Shown: piece after piece, positions 10,155 to 19,517 of the stretch | How positions within the stretch are numbered: the first letter of the stretch is position 1 | Layout: each line of letters starts with the position of its first letter | NCBI RefSeq assembly: GCF_000011465.1 | Contig: NC_005072.1 | Span: 120,001 to 152,000, forward strand | Reading direction: 5' to 3' | DNA length: 32,000 nucleotides | DNA from: Prochlorococcus marinus subsp. pastoris str. CCMP1986 | GTDB lineage: Bacteria > Cyanobacteriota > Cyanobacteriia > PCC-6307 > Cyanobiaceae | The notes under the pieces: model-generated | Told to the model about the DNA's origin: nothing | The model's input: the letters and a program-made list of their open reading frames with translations, nothing else | Databases searched by the model: none | Translations under genes and position numbers: made by a program

Positions 10155-10676
10155 GTGCCTAATAATCAAAACAGAGACAATTTTATAGATAAAGCTTTTA
10201 CTGTAATTGCTGAATCTATTGTAAAGATTATGCCTATTGCTGATAAAGAAAAAAAAGCTTACATATATTACAGAGATGGATTAGCTGCTCAAAATAATGG
10301 CGATTATTCAGAAGCTCTGGATTACTATAATGAAAGTCTATTACTAGAAGAAAATAAAATTGATAGAGGAGAAACTTTAAAGAACATGGCAATAATTTAT
10401 ATGAGTAATGGTGAGGAAGATAGATCTATAGAAACTTATCAAAAGGCCTTAGAAGAAAATCCAAAACAGCCATCTTGTCTTAAGAATATAGGTTTAATTT
10501 ATGAAAAAAGGGGGAGGTTTGCTGAACAGAATGGTGATTTAGATCAAAGAGATATGTGGTTCGACAAGGCTGCCCAAGTTTGGTCTAAGGCTGTAAGACT
10601 TTATCCTGGTGGATACTTAGATATTGAAAATTGGTTAAAAACTTCTGGAAGGAGTTCAATTGATATTTATCTCTAG
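10155..10676 (+). CDS. ycf3: Photosystem I assembly protein Ycf3 (TPR)
   Basis: 173 aa with TPR repeats ([48 protein letters not shown]). Confidence 0.93.
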   Translation: MPNNQNRDNFIDKAFTVIAESIVKIMPIADKEKKAYIYYRDGLAAQNNGDYSEALDYYNESLLLEENKIDRGETLKNMAIIYMSNGEEDRSIETYQKALEENPKQPSCLKNIGLIYEKRGRFAEQNGDLDQRDMWFDKAAQVWSKAVRLYPGGYLDIENWLKTSGRSSIDIYL

Positions 10677-10688
10677 ATTTGTATAGAT

Positions 10689-12041
10689 TTACTCGTTCAA
10701 TGCATAATTAATAGCTTCATTTATATTTGAAATTTCTTTAATTTGTATGAATTTTTGAAAACTATCTTTAATTTCACTAGTAATTTTAGGTAGTAAAATA
10801 TTTTTAATACCAAGCCTAATAGCCTCATCAATTTTGGCTCTAATATTACTTGCCTGCCTTACCTGACCGCTTAAACCTAATTCGCCAATAAATGCACAAT
10901 TTATCAATGGTGGAATATTTTTTAAGCTTGATAAGATTGATATGGCAACTCCTAAATCTGAAGATGGGTCATTTATTTCAAAGCCACCTCCTGTAGCTAT
11001 ATAGCAGTCATATTCTGATAATTTAATCCCAACATGTTTTTCAATCACTGCTAATATTTGATGTAATCTATTTATGCTCATTCCAGTTGTTGTTCGTCTT
11101 GGGTTATTGTAGAAAGTCTTATTTACTAAAGCTTGAATATCAACTGCAAATGGTCTCGATCCTTCATTAGTGATAGTGGTTGTGACGCCGGCTATATTTT
11201 CTTTATTTGTGAATATTGAACTAGGGTTAATAACTTCTCTTAAACCATTTTCTAACATTTCAAAAATTCCAATTTCAAAAGTTGATCCAAATCTATTTTT
11301 TACACTTCTTAGTAATCTATGGGAGGCAATATTATCTCCTTCAAAATTGAGTACCACATCTACTAAATGTTCTAAAGTTTTTGGACCGGCAAGAGCTCCA
11401 TCTTTCGTAACGTGACCTATTATCAAAAGGGCTATATTATTTTCTTTAGCAAGATTCTGAAGTTCAGATGAACAAGTCCTTACTTGGGAAACAGATCCTG
11501 GAGAACTTTCCATCTCATCATTATTAATAGCTTGGATACTATCAATAATCGCAAAACCAGGTTTTATTTTTTTAATCTCTTCGATAATTAAAGATAAATT
11601 AGTTTCTGCATAAATTTTTAAATCGAGGCTGCTTTGATTTAATCTTTCCCATCTTATTTTTACTTGTTCTAAAGATTCTTCTGCAGTGATGTATAAAACT
11701 TTTTCATTAAGGGATATTTTCCCTGCTGATTGAAGCACTATGGTACTTTTACCAATTCCTGGTTCTCCTCCAAGTAAAACTATAGATCCCGGAACTATAC
11801 CACCACCTAGTACTCTGTCAAACTCTTTAAAACCACTCGTAAATCTTGATATATTACCTATTTCTATTTCATTAAACAGCTTAGATTTTTTATTTTTATT
11901 AACACTAGTTATTTTAGATCTAGTGTTTTTTCTTTCTTCAACGATGGTATTCCATTCATTACAATTTAAGCATCTTCCGAAGTATTGAGAAGTCTCAGAT
12001 CCGCAATTTTGACAAATAAAAGTCGAAAATTTATTAGACAT
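10689..12041 (-). CDS. radA: DNA repair protein RadA
   Basis: Zn finger CQNCGSETSQYFGRCLNC, GGEPGIGKST Walker A, KNRFGSTFEIGIFEM, C-terminal Lon-like domain. Confidence 0.96.
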   Translation of the reverse strand: MSNKFSTFICQNCGSETSQYFGRCLNCNEWNTIVEERKNTRSKITSVNKNKKSKLFNEIEIGNISRFTSGFKEFDRVLGGGIVPGSIVLLGGEPGIGKSTIVLQSAGKISLNEKVLYITAEESLEQVKIRWERLNQSSLDLKIYAETNLSLIIEEIKKIKPGFAIIDSIQAINNDEMESSPGSVSQVRTCSSELQNLAKENNIALLIIGHVTKDGALAGPKTLEHLVDVVLNFEGDNIASHRLLRSVKNRFGSTFEIGIFEMLENGLREVINPSSIFTNKENIAGVTTTITNEGSRPFAVDIQALVNKTFYNNPRRTTTGMSINRLHQILAVIEKHVGIKLSEYDCYIATGGGFEINDPSSDLGVAISILSSLKNIPPLINCAFIGELGLSGQVRQASNIRAKIDEAIRLGIKNILLPKITSEIKDSFQKFIQIKEISNINEAINYALNE

Positions 12042-12147
12042 TTAATTTTTGATTAGATTCAGGAACTAAGATGTTTGGGATTTTGCCCCTCTACAAGTTA
12101 GATTGGGTAAAAGATAAATTCTCTTACTGATTAGCTAATAGAAACAA

Positions 12148-12894
12148 ATGGCTGTATCTAGTCAAACAAAAGAAACAATACTTGTCGCAGATGACGAGGC
12201 AAGCATTAGAAGAATTCTCGAGACTCGTCTCTCAATGATTGGTTACAAAGTGGTAACTGCTTGTGATGGTAAAGAAGCACTAAAATTGTTTAAAGATTAC
12301 GATCCTGACTTGGTTGTACTTGATGTAATGATGCCAAAATTAGATGGATATGGAGTGTGTCAAGAATTAAGAAAAGACTCAGACGTACCTATTGTGATGC
12401 TTACCGCATTAGGGGATGTAGCAGATAGAATTACAGGATTAGAATTAGGCGCTGATGATTATGTGGTTAAACCCTTTAGTCCAAAAGAATTAGAAGCTAG
12501 GATTAGGTGTGTATTAAGACGAATAGATAAAGAGCAACTTCCTGGAATGCCAAATTCAGGTTTAATTTTGGTTACAGATATTAAAATTGATACAAATCGA
12601 AGACAAGTTTTTAAAAGTGATGAAAGAATCAGGTTAACAGGCATGGAATTTAGTCTTTTAGAACTTTTAGTCAGTAGATCAGGAGAACCATTTAGTCGAG
12701 GAGAGATTTTGAAAGAAGTTTGGGGCTATACACCTGAAAGACATGTAGATACGAGAGTAGTTGACGTTCATATATCTAGATTAAGATCGAAATTGGAGGC
12801 TGATCCTGCAAATCCTGAATTAATTCTTACAGCAAGAGGTACAGGATATCTGTTTCAAAGGATAGTTGATATATCTCCATTTGACGGTAAATAG
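12148..12894 (+). CDS. rpaB: OmpR-family response regulator RpaB (Ycf27)
   Basis: ETILVADDEASIRRILETRLSMIGYKVV, DVMMPKLDGYGVCQELR, HISRLRSKLEADPANPELILTARGTGYLFQR. Confidence 0.93.
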   Translation: MAVSSQTKETILVADDEASIRRILETRLSMIGYKVVTACDGKEALKLFKDYDPDLVVLDVMMPKLDGYGVCQELRKDSDVPIVMLTALGDVADRITGLELGADDYVVKPFSPKELEARIRCVLRRIDKEQLPGMPNSGLILVTDIKIDTNRRQVFKSDERIRLTGMEFSLLELLVSRSGEPFSRGEILKEVWGYTPERHVDTRVVDVHISRLRSKLEADPANPELILTARGTGYLFQRIVDISPFDGK

Positions 12895-14295
12895 ATGGAA
12901 AAAGATTCTTCTATTAAAAAGTCTAGAGCTATAAGAAGATTAGTTATTTGGTATAAAAGAAATTCTGCTGTGACTTCAATAGTTGATACAGCGGCTAATT
13001 CTGCTGTAACTGCAAGTAATGTCGCGGGCAACGTGGTTTCTGGTGCTGGTTCTGTTGTAAGTACTGCAAGTAATGTTGCGGGTAATGTAGCAGGTAATGT
13101 AGTTTCTAGTGCTGAATCAGTTGTTAACACTGCTAGTAATGTAGTTTCTAGTGCTAGTTCAATTGCAAAAAATACACTGCAGCCATTAGTTTTTGACCCT
13201 TTAAAAAGGTTACAAAATAGTGATAATTTAATAAGTAAAGAAGAGGTACCAAATTCTGAGAGGATTTGGATCGCAGTTGATGGTATGGGGGGAGATTATG
13301 CACCTGTGCCCATTTTGGAAGGCTGTCTCGGTGCTATCAGTAGATTTCCTATAAATATAAAGTTTGTAGGCAAAATTGAAAAAGTTAGATATGAAGCAGA
13401 AAGAGTTGGTCTAATAGATTTGTTAGAAAAAGAAATTGATAATAATCGTCTTGAATTAATAGATAGTGGAGATCCTATAGGGATGAATGAAGAAGCAACA
13501 GCAGTACGAAAAAGAAAAGATGCGAGTATAAATGTTGCTATGGATTTGGTTAAAACTAATAAGGCAAAAGCTGTTTATTCGGCAGGCAACTCAGGAGCTC
13601 TTATGGCCTCTGCAATATTTAGGATAGGGAGATTGAAAGGAATCGAACGACCTGCAATAGGAGCGTTATTCCCAACTAGAGATCAAACTCGACCTGTATT
13701 AGTTCTTGATGTCGGAGCAAATACTGATTGTAAGCCCTCTTATCTTCATCAATTTGCACTTCTTGGTAATGTTTATGCCAAAGATGTTTTACAAATAGAA
13801 AAACCACGAATTGGCTTATTAAATATCGGCGAAGAAGAATGTAAAGGGAATGATTTATCTATAAAAACATTTGAATTACTATCCAATGAAAAAAGTTTTA
13901 ATTTTGGGGGTAATTGTGAAGGAAGAGATGTTTTATCGGGTGATTTTGATGTGGTCGTTTGTGATGGTTTTACAGGAAATATATTACTTAAATTTCTTGA
14001 GTCAGTTGGAGGGGTTCTATTAGATATTTTGAGATCCGAACTGCCTAGAGGAAGAAGGGGAAAGGTTGGTTCTGCATTTTTAAAAAGTAATTTACTAAGA
14101 ATAAAGAAAAGGTTAGATCATGCTGAACATGGAGGAGCATTGTTGCTTGGGGTAAATGGTATTTGTGTAATTGGCCATGGTAGTAGTAAGTCTTTATCAG
14201 TAGTAAGTGCTCTGCGTTTGGCTCACTCTGCTGTAAATCATAATGTTATGGAAAATTTAAATCAACTTCAAAAGCTTCAAGTTTTAAATTCTTAA
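12895..14295 (+). CDS. plsX: Phosphate acyltransferase PlsX with a repetitive N-terminal extension
   Basis: Canonical PlsX core from about aa 123 (RIWIAVDGMGGDYAP, NSGALMASAIFR, LDVGANTDCKP, GFTGNILLK); ATG immediately follows the rpaB stop. Confidence 0.93.
   Translation: MEKDSSIKKSRAIRRLVIWYKRNSAVTSIVDTAANSAVTASNVAGNVVSGAGSVVSTASNVAGNVAGNVVSSAESVVNTASNVVSSASSIAKNTLQPLVFDPLKRLQNSDNLISKEEVPNSERIWIAVDGMGGDYAPVPILEGCLGAISRFPINIKFVGKIEKVRYEAERVGLIDLLEKEIDNNRLELIDSGDPIGMNEEATAVRKRKDASINVAMDLVKTNKAKAVYSAGNSGALMASAIFRIGRLKGIERPAIGALFPTRDQTRPVLVLDVGANTDCKPSYLHQFALLGNVYAKDVLQIEKPRIGLLNIGEEECKGNDLSIKTFELLSNEKSFNFGGNCEGRDVLSGDFDVVVCDGFTGNILLKFLESVGGVLLDILRSELPRGRRGKVGSAFLKSNLLRIKKRLDHAEHGGALLLGVNGICVIGHGSSKSLSVVSALRLAHSAVNHNVMENLNQLQKLQVLNS
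13009..13155 (+). repeat. In-frame degenerate repeats encoding the Asn/Val/Ala/Ser-rich part of the PlsX extension
   Basis: ACTGCAAGTAATGT at 13009-13022 and 13063-13076 (54-nt offset); GTAATGTAGTTTCTAGTGCT at 13094-13113 and 13136-13155 (42-nt offset). Confidence 0.85.
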
Positions 14296-14348
14296 AACAT
14301 ATTTTGTCAGATTTGTGTTTGACTTATATAAGTAAATAGATAACTCTT

Positions 14349-15356
14349 TTGGAAGGAATAAATTTAAATCAAATTGGAGTCTCATTTAAAGGAAGTGGAA
14401 GTTACGTACCAAATCAAATCCTGACGAATCAGGAAATTAGTAAGAAGGTAGAGACTAGTGATGAATGGATAAAATCTAGAACAGGTATTTCTCAGAGAAG
14501 AATTTCTGGATTATCAGAAAATGTTAGCGAAATGGGTTACAAGGCAGCATTGGGAGCAATTGAGATGGCTAGATGGGATATTGAAACAATTGATCTAATA
14601 ATATTAGCTACATCAACTCCAAATGATCTATTTGGTTCTGCTCCTGAAATTCAGTCAAAACTAGGCGCAATTAATGCTGTTGCTTTTGATTTGACAGCTG
14701 CTTGCAGTGGTTTCTTATTTGCGGCAATAACAGCTACTCAATTTTTAAAAGCAGGTAGTTATAAAAGAGCTGTAGTAATAGGCTCAGATCAACTTTCAAG
14801 TTATGTAGATTGGAATGATAGAAGAAGTTGCATTTTATTCGGGGACGGAGCGGGTGCAATAGCAATCGAAGGAACAAATGAATTAGATAATTTACTTGGC
14901 TTTAGTATGAGGACAGATGGTCAAAGAGGTTCTTTCTTAAATCTTCCATCTCAAAATAATCAAGATCTAATTATTAATGATATTAATTTTTCCAGTGGGG
15001 GGTTTTCCTCAATTAAGATGAATGGACAAGAAGTATATAAATTTGCGGTTAGAGAGGTACCATTAATTATTGATAATTTATTTAAAAAAACAAATTTCAA
15101 TTCTGAAAAAATTAATTGGCTTTTATTACATCAAGCAAATCAAAGAATATTAGATTCTGTTGGAGAAAGGCTAAATGTTTCAACAGAAAAGATTCTCAGT
15201 AATTTAAGTAACTATGGAAACACTTCAGCGGCAACAATTCCTTTAATGCTAGATGAGGCTATAAGAAATAAGAAAATTAAAGAAAATGATATTATTGCCA
15301 CAAGTGGTTTTGGTGCTGGGTTAAGTTGGGGTGCAGCCCTTATTCGATGGGGTTAA
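14349..15356 (+). CDS. fabH: 3-oxoacyl-[ACP] synthase III
   Basis: DEWIKSRTGISQRR, AACSGFLFA active-site Cys, LLHQANQRI, GNTSAATIPL. Confidence 0.96.
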   Translation: MEGINLNQIGVSFKGSGSYVPNQILTNQEISKKVETSDEWIKSRTGISQRRISGLSENVSEMGYKAALGAIEMARWDIETIDLIILATSTPNDLFGSAPEIQSKLGAINAVAFDLTAACSGFLFAAITATQFLKAGSYKRAVVIGSDQLSSYVDWNDRRSCILFGDGAGAIAIEGTNELDNLLGFSMRTDGQRGSFLNLPSQNNQDLIINDINFSSGGFSSIKMNGQEVYKFAVREVPLIIDNLFKKTNFNSEKINWLLLHQANQRILDSVGERLNVSTEKILSNLSNYGNTSAATIPLMLDEAIRNKKIKENDIIATSGFGAGLSWGAALIRWG

Positions 15357-15370
15357 ATAAAAGTTTTATT

Positions 15371-16267
15371 ATGACAGTCGCATGGGTATTCCCTGGTCAG
15401 GGTTCACAAAAAATTGGTATGGCAAATAAAGTTATAGATTTGCCAAATGCAAAATTTAGGTTTAATTATGCCTCCGAAGTATTCGAGAGAAATTTATTTG
15501 AAATTTGTGAACTAAATTCTGATAAGAAAAATCTTTCTGATGATTTAAATAATACAAAGAACACTCAAATTTGTCTTTTTCTAGTGGAATCAGTATTATT
15601 AGACTCTTTAAAAGAAAATGGCTTTAAACCAACCTATATCGCTGGACATAGTTTAGGTGAAATTACGGCTTTATATTGTGCTGATGTTTTGTCTTTTGAA
15701 GATTGTGTACAACTTATAAAAGTTAGATCTGGATTAATGGCAGATGCCGCAAAGGGATCTATGGCAGCATTAATAAGTTTTGATAGAGATCAATTAGATT
15801 TACTGGTAGAAGAGATTGACGATCTTGTAATAGCGAATGACAATAGCTCTTCTCAAGTTGTTCTATCAGGAAGCGAAAAAGCTTTAGATAATATTTCAAA
15901 ACGAATTAAAGCAAAAAGATTCCTTAAATTAAATGTTTCGGGTGCTTTTCATTCACCATTCATGAAAGAATCATCATTTCAATTTTCAAAATATTTAGAC
16001 ACTCTAGAATTTAATCAGCCTTCTATGCCCGTTATAAGTAATTCTCATCCATCACTATGTAATAATCCAAATGATCTGAAGGTTAGGTTTAAAAATCAAA
16101 TGTGTAATGGTGTTAGATGGCGTCAAACTATGGATTTAATGAAAGAGAATAGTATTCTTCAAATGGTAGAAATTGGCCCATCTAATGTCCTTGGTGGTCT
16201 AGGTAAAAGGCATTTAAAGGATGTAAAAATTTCTCAAGTATCTTCTGCAGATCAAATTAAATATTGA
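15371..16267 (+). CDS. fabD: Malonyl-CoA-[ACP] transacylase
   Basis: MTVAWVFPGQGSQKIGM start preferred over the TTG at 15326 in the ORF track; GHSLGEITAL active-site Ser; GAFHSPFM. Confidence 0.94.
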   Translation: MTVAWVFPGQGSQKIGMANKVIDLPNAKFRFNYASEVFERNLFEICELNSDKKNLSDDLNNTKNTQICLFLVESVLLDSLKENGFKPTYIAGHSLGEITALYCADVLSFEDCVQLIKVRSGLMADAAKGSMAALISFDRDQLDLLVEEIDDLVIANDNSSSQVVLSGSEKALDNISKRIKAKRFLKLNVSGAFHSPFMKESSFQFSKYLDTLEFNQPSMPVISNSHPSLCNNPNDLKVRFKNQMCNGVRWRQTMDLMKENSILQMVEIGPSNVLGGLGKRHLKDVKISQVSSADQIKY

Positions 16268-16271
16268 TTTA

Positions 16272-16892
16272 ATGAAAAGTTATTTTTATCAAAAATTAAT
16301 TTATAAATTGGTAAGTCAAATAATTATTTTACCGATTTATAAATTGATATTTCGAGGCAAGTTAATTGGTAGAGAAAACATTCCTCAGAAGGGTGCTTTC
16401 ATAATGGTATCTAATCACGGTTCCCTACTTGATCCTCCTTTACTAGGTCATGCTATTGGTCGGAATATATCTTTTATGGCCAAGTCAGAACTTTTTAGAA
16501 TCCCCTTACTTGGGTTTATAATAAAATCATGTGGAGCTTATCCTGTAAAGAGAGGCATAGTAGATAAAACGACTATTAAAACTGCATGTGAAAAATTATT
16601 AAATAATAATAGTATTGGTATATTTATTGATGGTACTCGACAAAAAGATGGTCGCGTAAATAAGCCAAAACAAGGAGCAGCTCTTTTATCTTTTAAAAAT
16701 CAAAAAATGTTATTACCAGTTGCAATTATTAATTCAAATAGATTAGTTAGATTAAAGTTTTTTATTCCATTTTTCACAAAAATAGTTATTAAAGTTGGGA
16801 AACCGATTAATCCCCCTAAAGGCGCATCAAAAGACGATTTAGGTAAAGTAACATATCATTTGCAGGAGTCTATAAATAATATGCTTGATTGA
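16272..16892 (+). CDS. plsC: 1-acyl-sn-glycerol-3-phosphate acyltransferase
   Basis: SNHGSLLDPP (HX4D), FIDGTRQKDG, PVAIINS motifs; 206 aa. Confidence 0.92.
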   Translation: MKSYFYQKLIYKLVSQIIILPIYKLIFRGKLIGRENIPQKGAFIMVSNHGSLLDPPLLGHAIGRNISFMAKSELFRIPLLGFIIKSCGAYPVKRGIVDKTTIKTACEKLLNNNSIGIFIDGTRQKDGRVNKPKQGAALLSFKNQKMLLPVAIINSNRLVRLKFFIPFFTKIVIKVGKPINPPKGASKDDLGKVTYHLQESINNMLD

Positions 16893-16896
16893 ATGA

Positions 16897-17547
16897 TCAG
16901 TTAATTGGGGATATTGGATATAATGGCAAAACTTTTTCCCAAGTATTAGAACTTGAATGTTGTGAATTTTTATTAGATAAATTCAATAGTTCTTTTAAAT
17001 CTTCTATGTCAGAATATTCAGCTTGATAAGAAGACTCTGTATCTGTTAATTCTTCAAAAATTTTTGGAATAATTTTTTCTTTGATAGTGATGTTTTTGTT
17101 TGCTTTTTCAGAAATGCATACTTCATATTTTCCTGCAATATATCCTCTTCTTTTTAATTTTTTGAAAATCCAAAATGAATTTTTATCGATATAGATATTA
17201 TTTTGCGTGGCAATTCTTTTTGCCATCAATTCAAAAGAACTAAAACTATCTAATGAGCAATTTATTTGCTGAGCGAGAGTTCTCGCCAATACAATTATTT
17301 GTCTGGAAGCATTAAAGTTTGATGGCCCAATACTTACAGATATTTTATTAATTCTTTTTAAATTTTCTTTTGTAATAAAATTTGAAAAATCAACTATTAA
17401 ATTATTACATAAATCTTTCTCAAATTTTTTTGTAAAAAAGTTTTCAGATAAAGAGTTTTTATTTTCTCTGTAAGCGAAGCCAAAAGAGTCATCAGTACTG
17501 TGAATTGCTAAGGTTAATTTATTATGGTTTGTTACTTCGTAAGGCAT
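16897..17547 (-). CDS. tsaB: TsaB-like protein (tRNA threonylcarbamoyladenosine biosynthesis)
   Basis: LTLAIHSTDDSFGFAYRE, ISVSIGPSNFNASRQIIVLARTLAQQ; short ASKHA-type protein. Confidence 0.75.
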   Translation of the reverse strand: MPYEVTNHNKLTLAIHSTDDSFGFAYRENKNSLSENFFTKKFEKDLCNNLIVDFSNFITKENLKRINKISVSIGPSNFNASRQIIVLARTLAQQINCSLDSFSSFELMAKRIATQNNIYIDKNSFWIFKKLKRRGYIAGKYEVCISEKANKNITIKEKIIPKIFEELTDTESSYQAEYSDIEDLKELLNLSNKNSQHSSSNTWEKVLPLYPISPIN

Positions 17548-17553
17548 TTACCT

Positions 17554-17811
17554 TTAAATAGGTAACTCTAAACCTGGCCTACATTTAGACCACTTACCAG
17601 ATTCTTCTGAAAAACTTGAACAAGATTGTACATCCCAGTCAATTTTAGAATCGCCATTTAAATCTTTGATTATACTTACGTGAATGTAAGGTTTTATTGG
17701 TTTAAAATTAGGAATATCACAAATATGCTCAACACCATGATTTTTTTCGACATCATGATAGGTCATACATCTATCAACTAATTTACAGTTAATGCAAATG
17801 CACATAATCAA
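17554..17811 (-). CDS. ycf34: Ycf34 family protein
   Basis: MCICINCKLVDRCMTYHDVEKNHGVEHICD cysteine pattern; 85 aa. Confidence 0.88.
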   Translation of the reverse strand: MIMCICINCKLVDRCMTYHDVEKNHGVEHICDIPNFKPIKPYIHVSIIKDLNGDSKIDWDVQSCSSFSEESGKWSKCRPGLELPI

Positions 17812-19039
17812 GAAAGAAGATCTTAAAAATCATATTTTCATTGATCATACACTAATAATTAATGAAATAGAAAGAAGTATAAAATCTTATAATTGGGATT
17901 TTATTTTATCTTCTTTACCTTCTGGATCTTTTTTAGTAGGTGGATATATAAGAGATTTAATTTTAGGAAGATTAAATTCTGTAATTGATGTTGATATTTT
18001 AGTTCCAAAAAATGCAATTAATGTTGGTAAGAAAATTGCAGATAAATTTGAAGGTAAATTTATTATTCTTGATGAGGCAAGAGATGTAGTAAGAATTATT
18101 TTTAAACATATCTCAATTGATATCGCTTCTCAAATTTCTCCTTCTATTGATATTGATTTATTAAGTCGAGATTTTTCTATTAATGCTATTGCTTTTTCTT
18201 TTGAAGAAAAACTTCTCATTGATCCATCAAATGGAATTAAAGATCTACAACTTGCTTTTTTGAGAACTAATTCAAAGCAGAACTTATTGGATGATCCATT
18301 AAGAATCTTAAGATGCTTTCGTTTTATTTCTGAATTAGATTTTAATGTTGATGTAACTTTAATAGATTTTATTAAAACTTATAAAAATCAATTAAGACTT
18401 GTTGCTAATGAAAGAATTAATTATGAAATACAGCGAATAATAAGGGGGGGGAAAGCATCGCAGGCGATAATCTTAATAAATAAATTTAAAATTTTTGATT
18501 ATATACAGTCAGAAAAAAATTTGATATTTCTTGATTTAGAAAAAATTAATTTTGAAGAATTTAATAAATTTGAAAAGGAAAAATTTTTACCATTATTTTA
18601 TCTTGTTCAAATTTTAGACGAATTTTCTTTGAAAAATTTAAAATTTAGCAAATCTGAAATTTCAAAAATTAGGCTATTAAGAAAATGGAATCTTTTATTG
18701 AAGGTGCAAAATATTTATGAATTTAATGAGAAAGAAAGATTTGATTTACATCAGGAATTAGAAACTATTCTTCCATCTTTTATTCTTTTTTTGCCAAAAT
18801 CATTTTATGTAAATTGGCTCGCTAGATGGCGAGATAAAGATGATAAATTATTTCATCCGTCGAATTTAATAAAAGGGAACGTTTTAAAAAAATATTTAAA
18901 AATCCAAGATGGACCTATTTTAGGAAAGGTCATTAATTATCTTTCTATGGAGCTTGCATATAATAGATTGAATAATTTTGATGAAGCTATATATAAAGGA
19001 AAGCAATGGATTCAACAAAATGCGCCAAAATGTGATTAA
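17792..19039 (+). CDS. CCA tRNA nucleotidyltransferase / poly(A) polymerase family protein
   Basis: FLVGGYIRDLILGRLNSVIDVDILV, DLLSRDFSINAIAF, DDPLRILRCFRF; the start may be slightly downstream of 17792. Confidence 0.9.
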   Translation: MQMHIIKKEDLKNHIFIDHTLIINEIERSIKSYNWDFILSSLPSGSFLVGGYIRDLILGRLNSVIDVDILVPKNAINVGKKIADKFEGKFIILDEARDVVRIIFKHISIDIASQISPSIDIDLLSRDFSINAIAFSFEEKLLIDPSNGIKDLQLAFLRTNSKQNLLDDPLRILRCFRFISELDFNVDVTLIDFIKTYKNQLRLVANERINYEIQRIIRGGKASQAIILINKFKIFDYIQSEKNLIFLDLEKINFEEFNKFEKEKFLPLFYLVQILDEFSLKNLKFSKSEISKIRLLRKWNLLLKVQNIYEFNEKERFDLHQELETILPSFILFLPKSFYVNWLARWRDKDDKLFHPSNLIKGNVLKKYLKIQDGPILGKVINYLSMELAYNRLNNFDEAIYKGKQWIQQNAPKCD

Positions 19040-19097
19040 ATACACATAGCTTAGTTTTTGTTTAAAGTTCAGACTTCAAATTATTTTCTAAAAATTT

Positions 19098-19517
19098 ATG
19101 AGCATTCGTATTTACATTGGCAATTTACCACAAGTATTTAATCCAAAAGAATTTGATAGTTTTTTAAAATCAGTAACTGATTCTATTAGATTTAAAGCTG
19201 TTTTAGATAAAGAAACAAAAGAATGTAGAGGATTTGGTTTTGCTACAACAAATAATGAACAAAATGCAAATTTAATAATCGAAAAGCTTAATGGTTTTGA
19301 ATTTAATGGCTCCAAATTGAGAGTTGAACTTTCAGAAAAGAAAGATTCTTCCTCACACAAGAGAAATAGTTTGGGCTCTAATAAAAATAAAAAGAGGAAA
19401 GATTTTAAGAAGATTGTTCATAGTGATGCCCCTAATCTTGAAGCCCCAGATCCAAGATGGGCTGGCGAACTTTCAAAATTAAAAGATTTGTTAGCTAATC
19501 AGAAAGCCCCTGCTTAG
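19098..19517 (+). CDS. RRM-domain RNA-binding protein
   Basis: IRIYIGNLPQVF (RNP2) and CRGFGFATT (RNP1). Confidence 0.92.
   Translation: MSIRIYIGNLPQVFNPKEFDSFLKSVTDSIRFKAVLDKETKECRGFGFATTNNEQNANLIIEKLNGFEFNGSKLRVELSEKKDSSSHKRNSLGSNKNKKRKDFKKIVHSDAPNLEAPDPRWAGELSKLKDLLANQKAPA

Noticed and set aside
11170-11988. Plus-strand ORFs 11170-11415 and 11740-11988
   Set aside because: Antisense to radA, whose motifs are unambiguous in the other strand.
12459-13130. Minus-strand ORFs 12459-12644 and 12855-13130
   Set aside because: Antisense to rpaB and to the repetitive part of plsX; the Thr/Ala/Leu repeats in the second are the reverse reading of the plsX repeats.
13009-13155. CRISPR-like or minisatellite array
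   Set aside because: Repeats are short, in frame, degenerate and lack unique spacers of uniform length; better explained as coding low complexity.
15326-15370. TTG start for fabD overlapping fabH
   Set aside because: The ATG at 15371 gives the canonical FabD N-terminus (MTVAWVFPGQGSQ); the upstream extension MGCSPYSMGLNKSFI is an artefact of the longest-ORF call.
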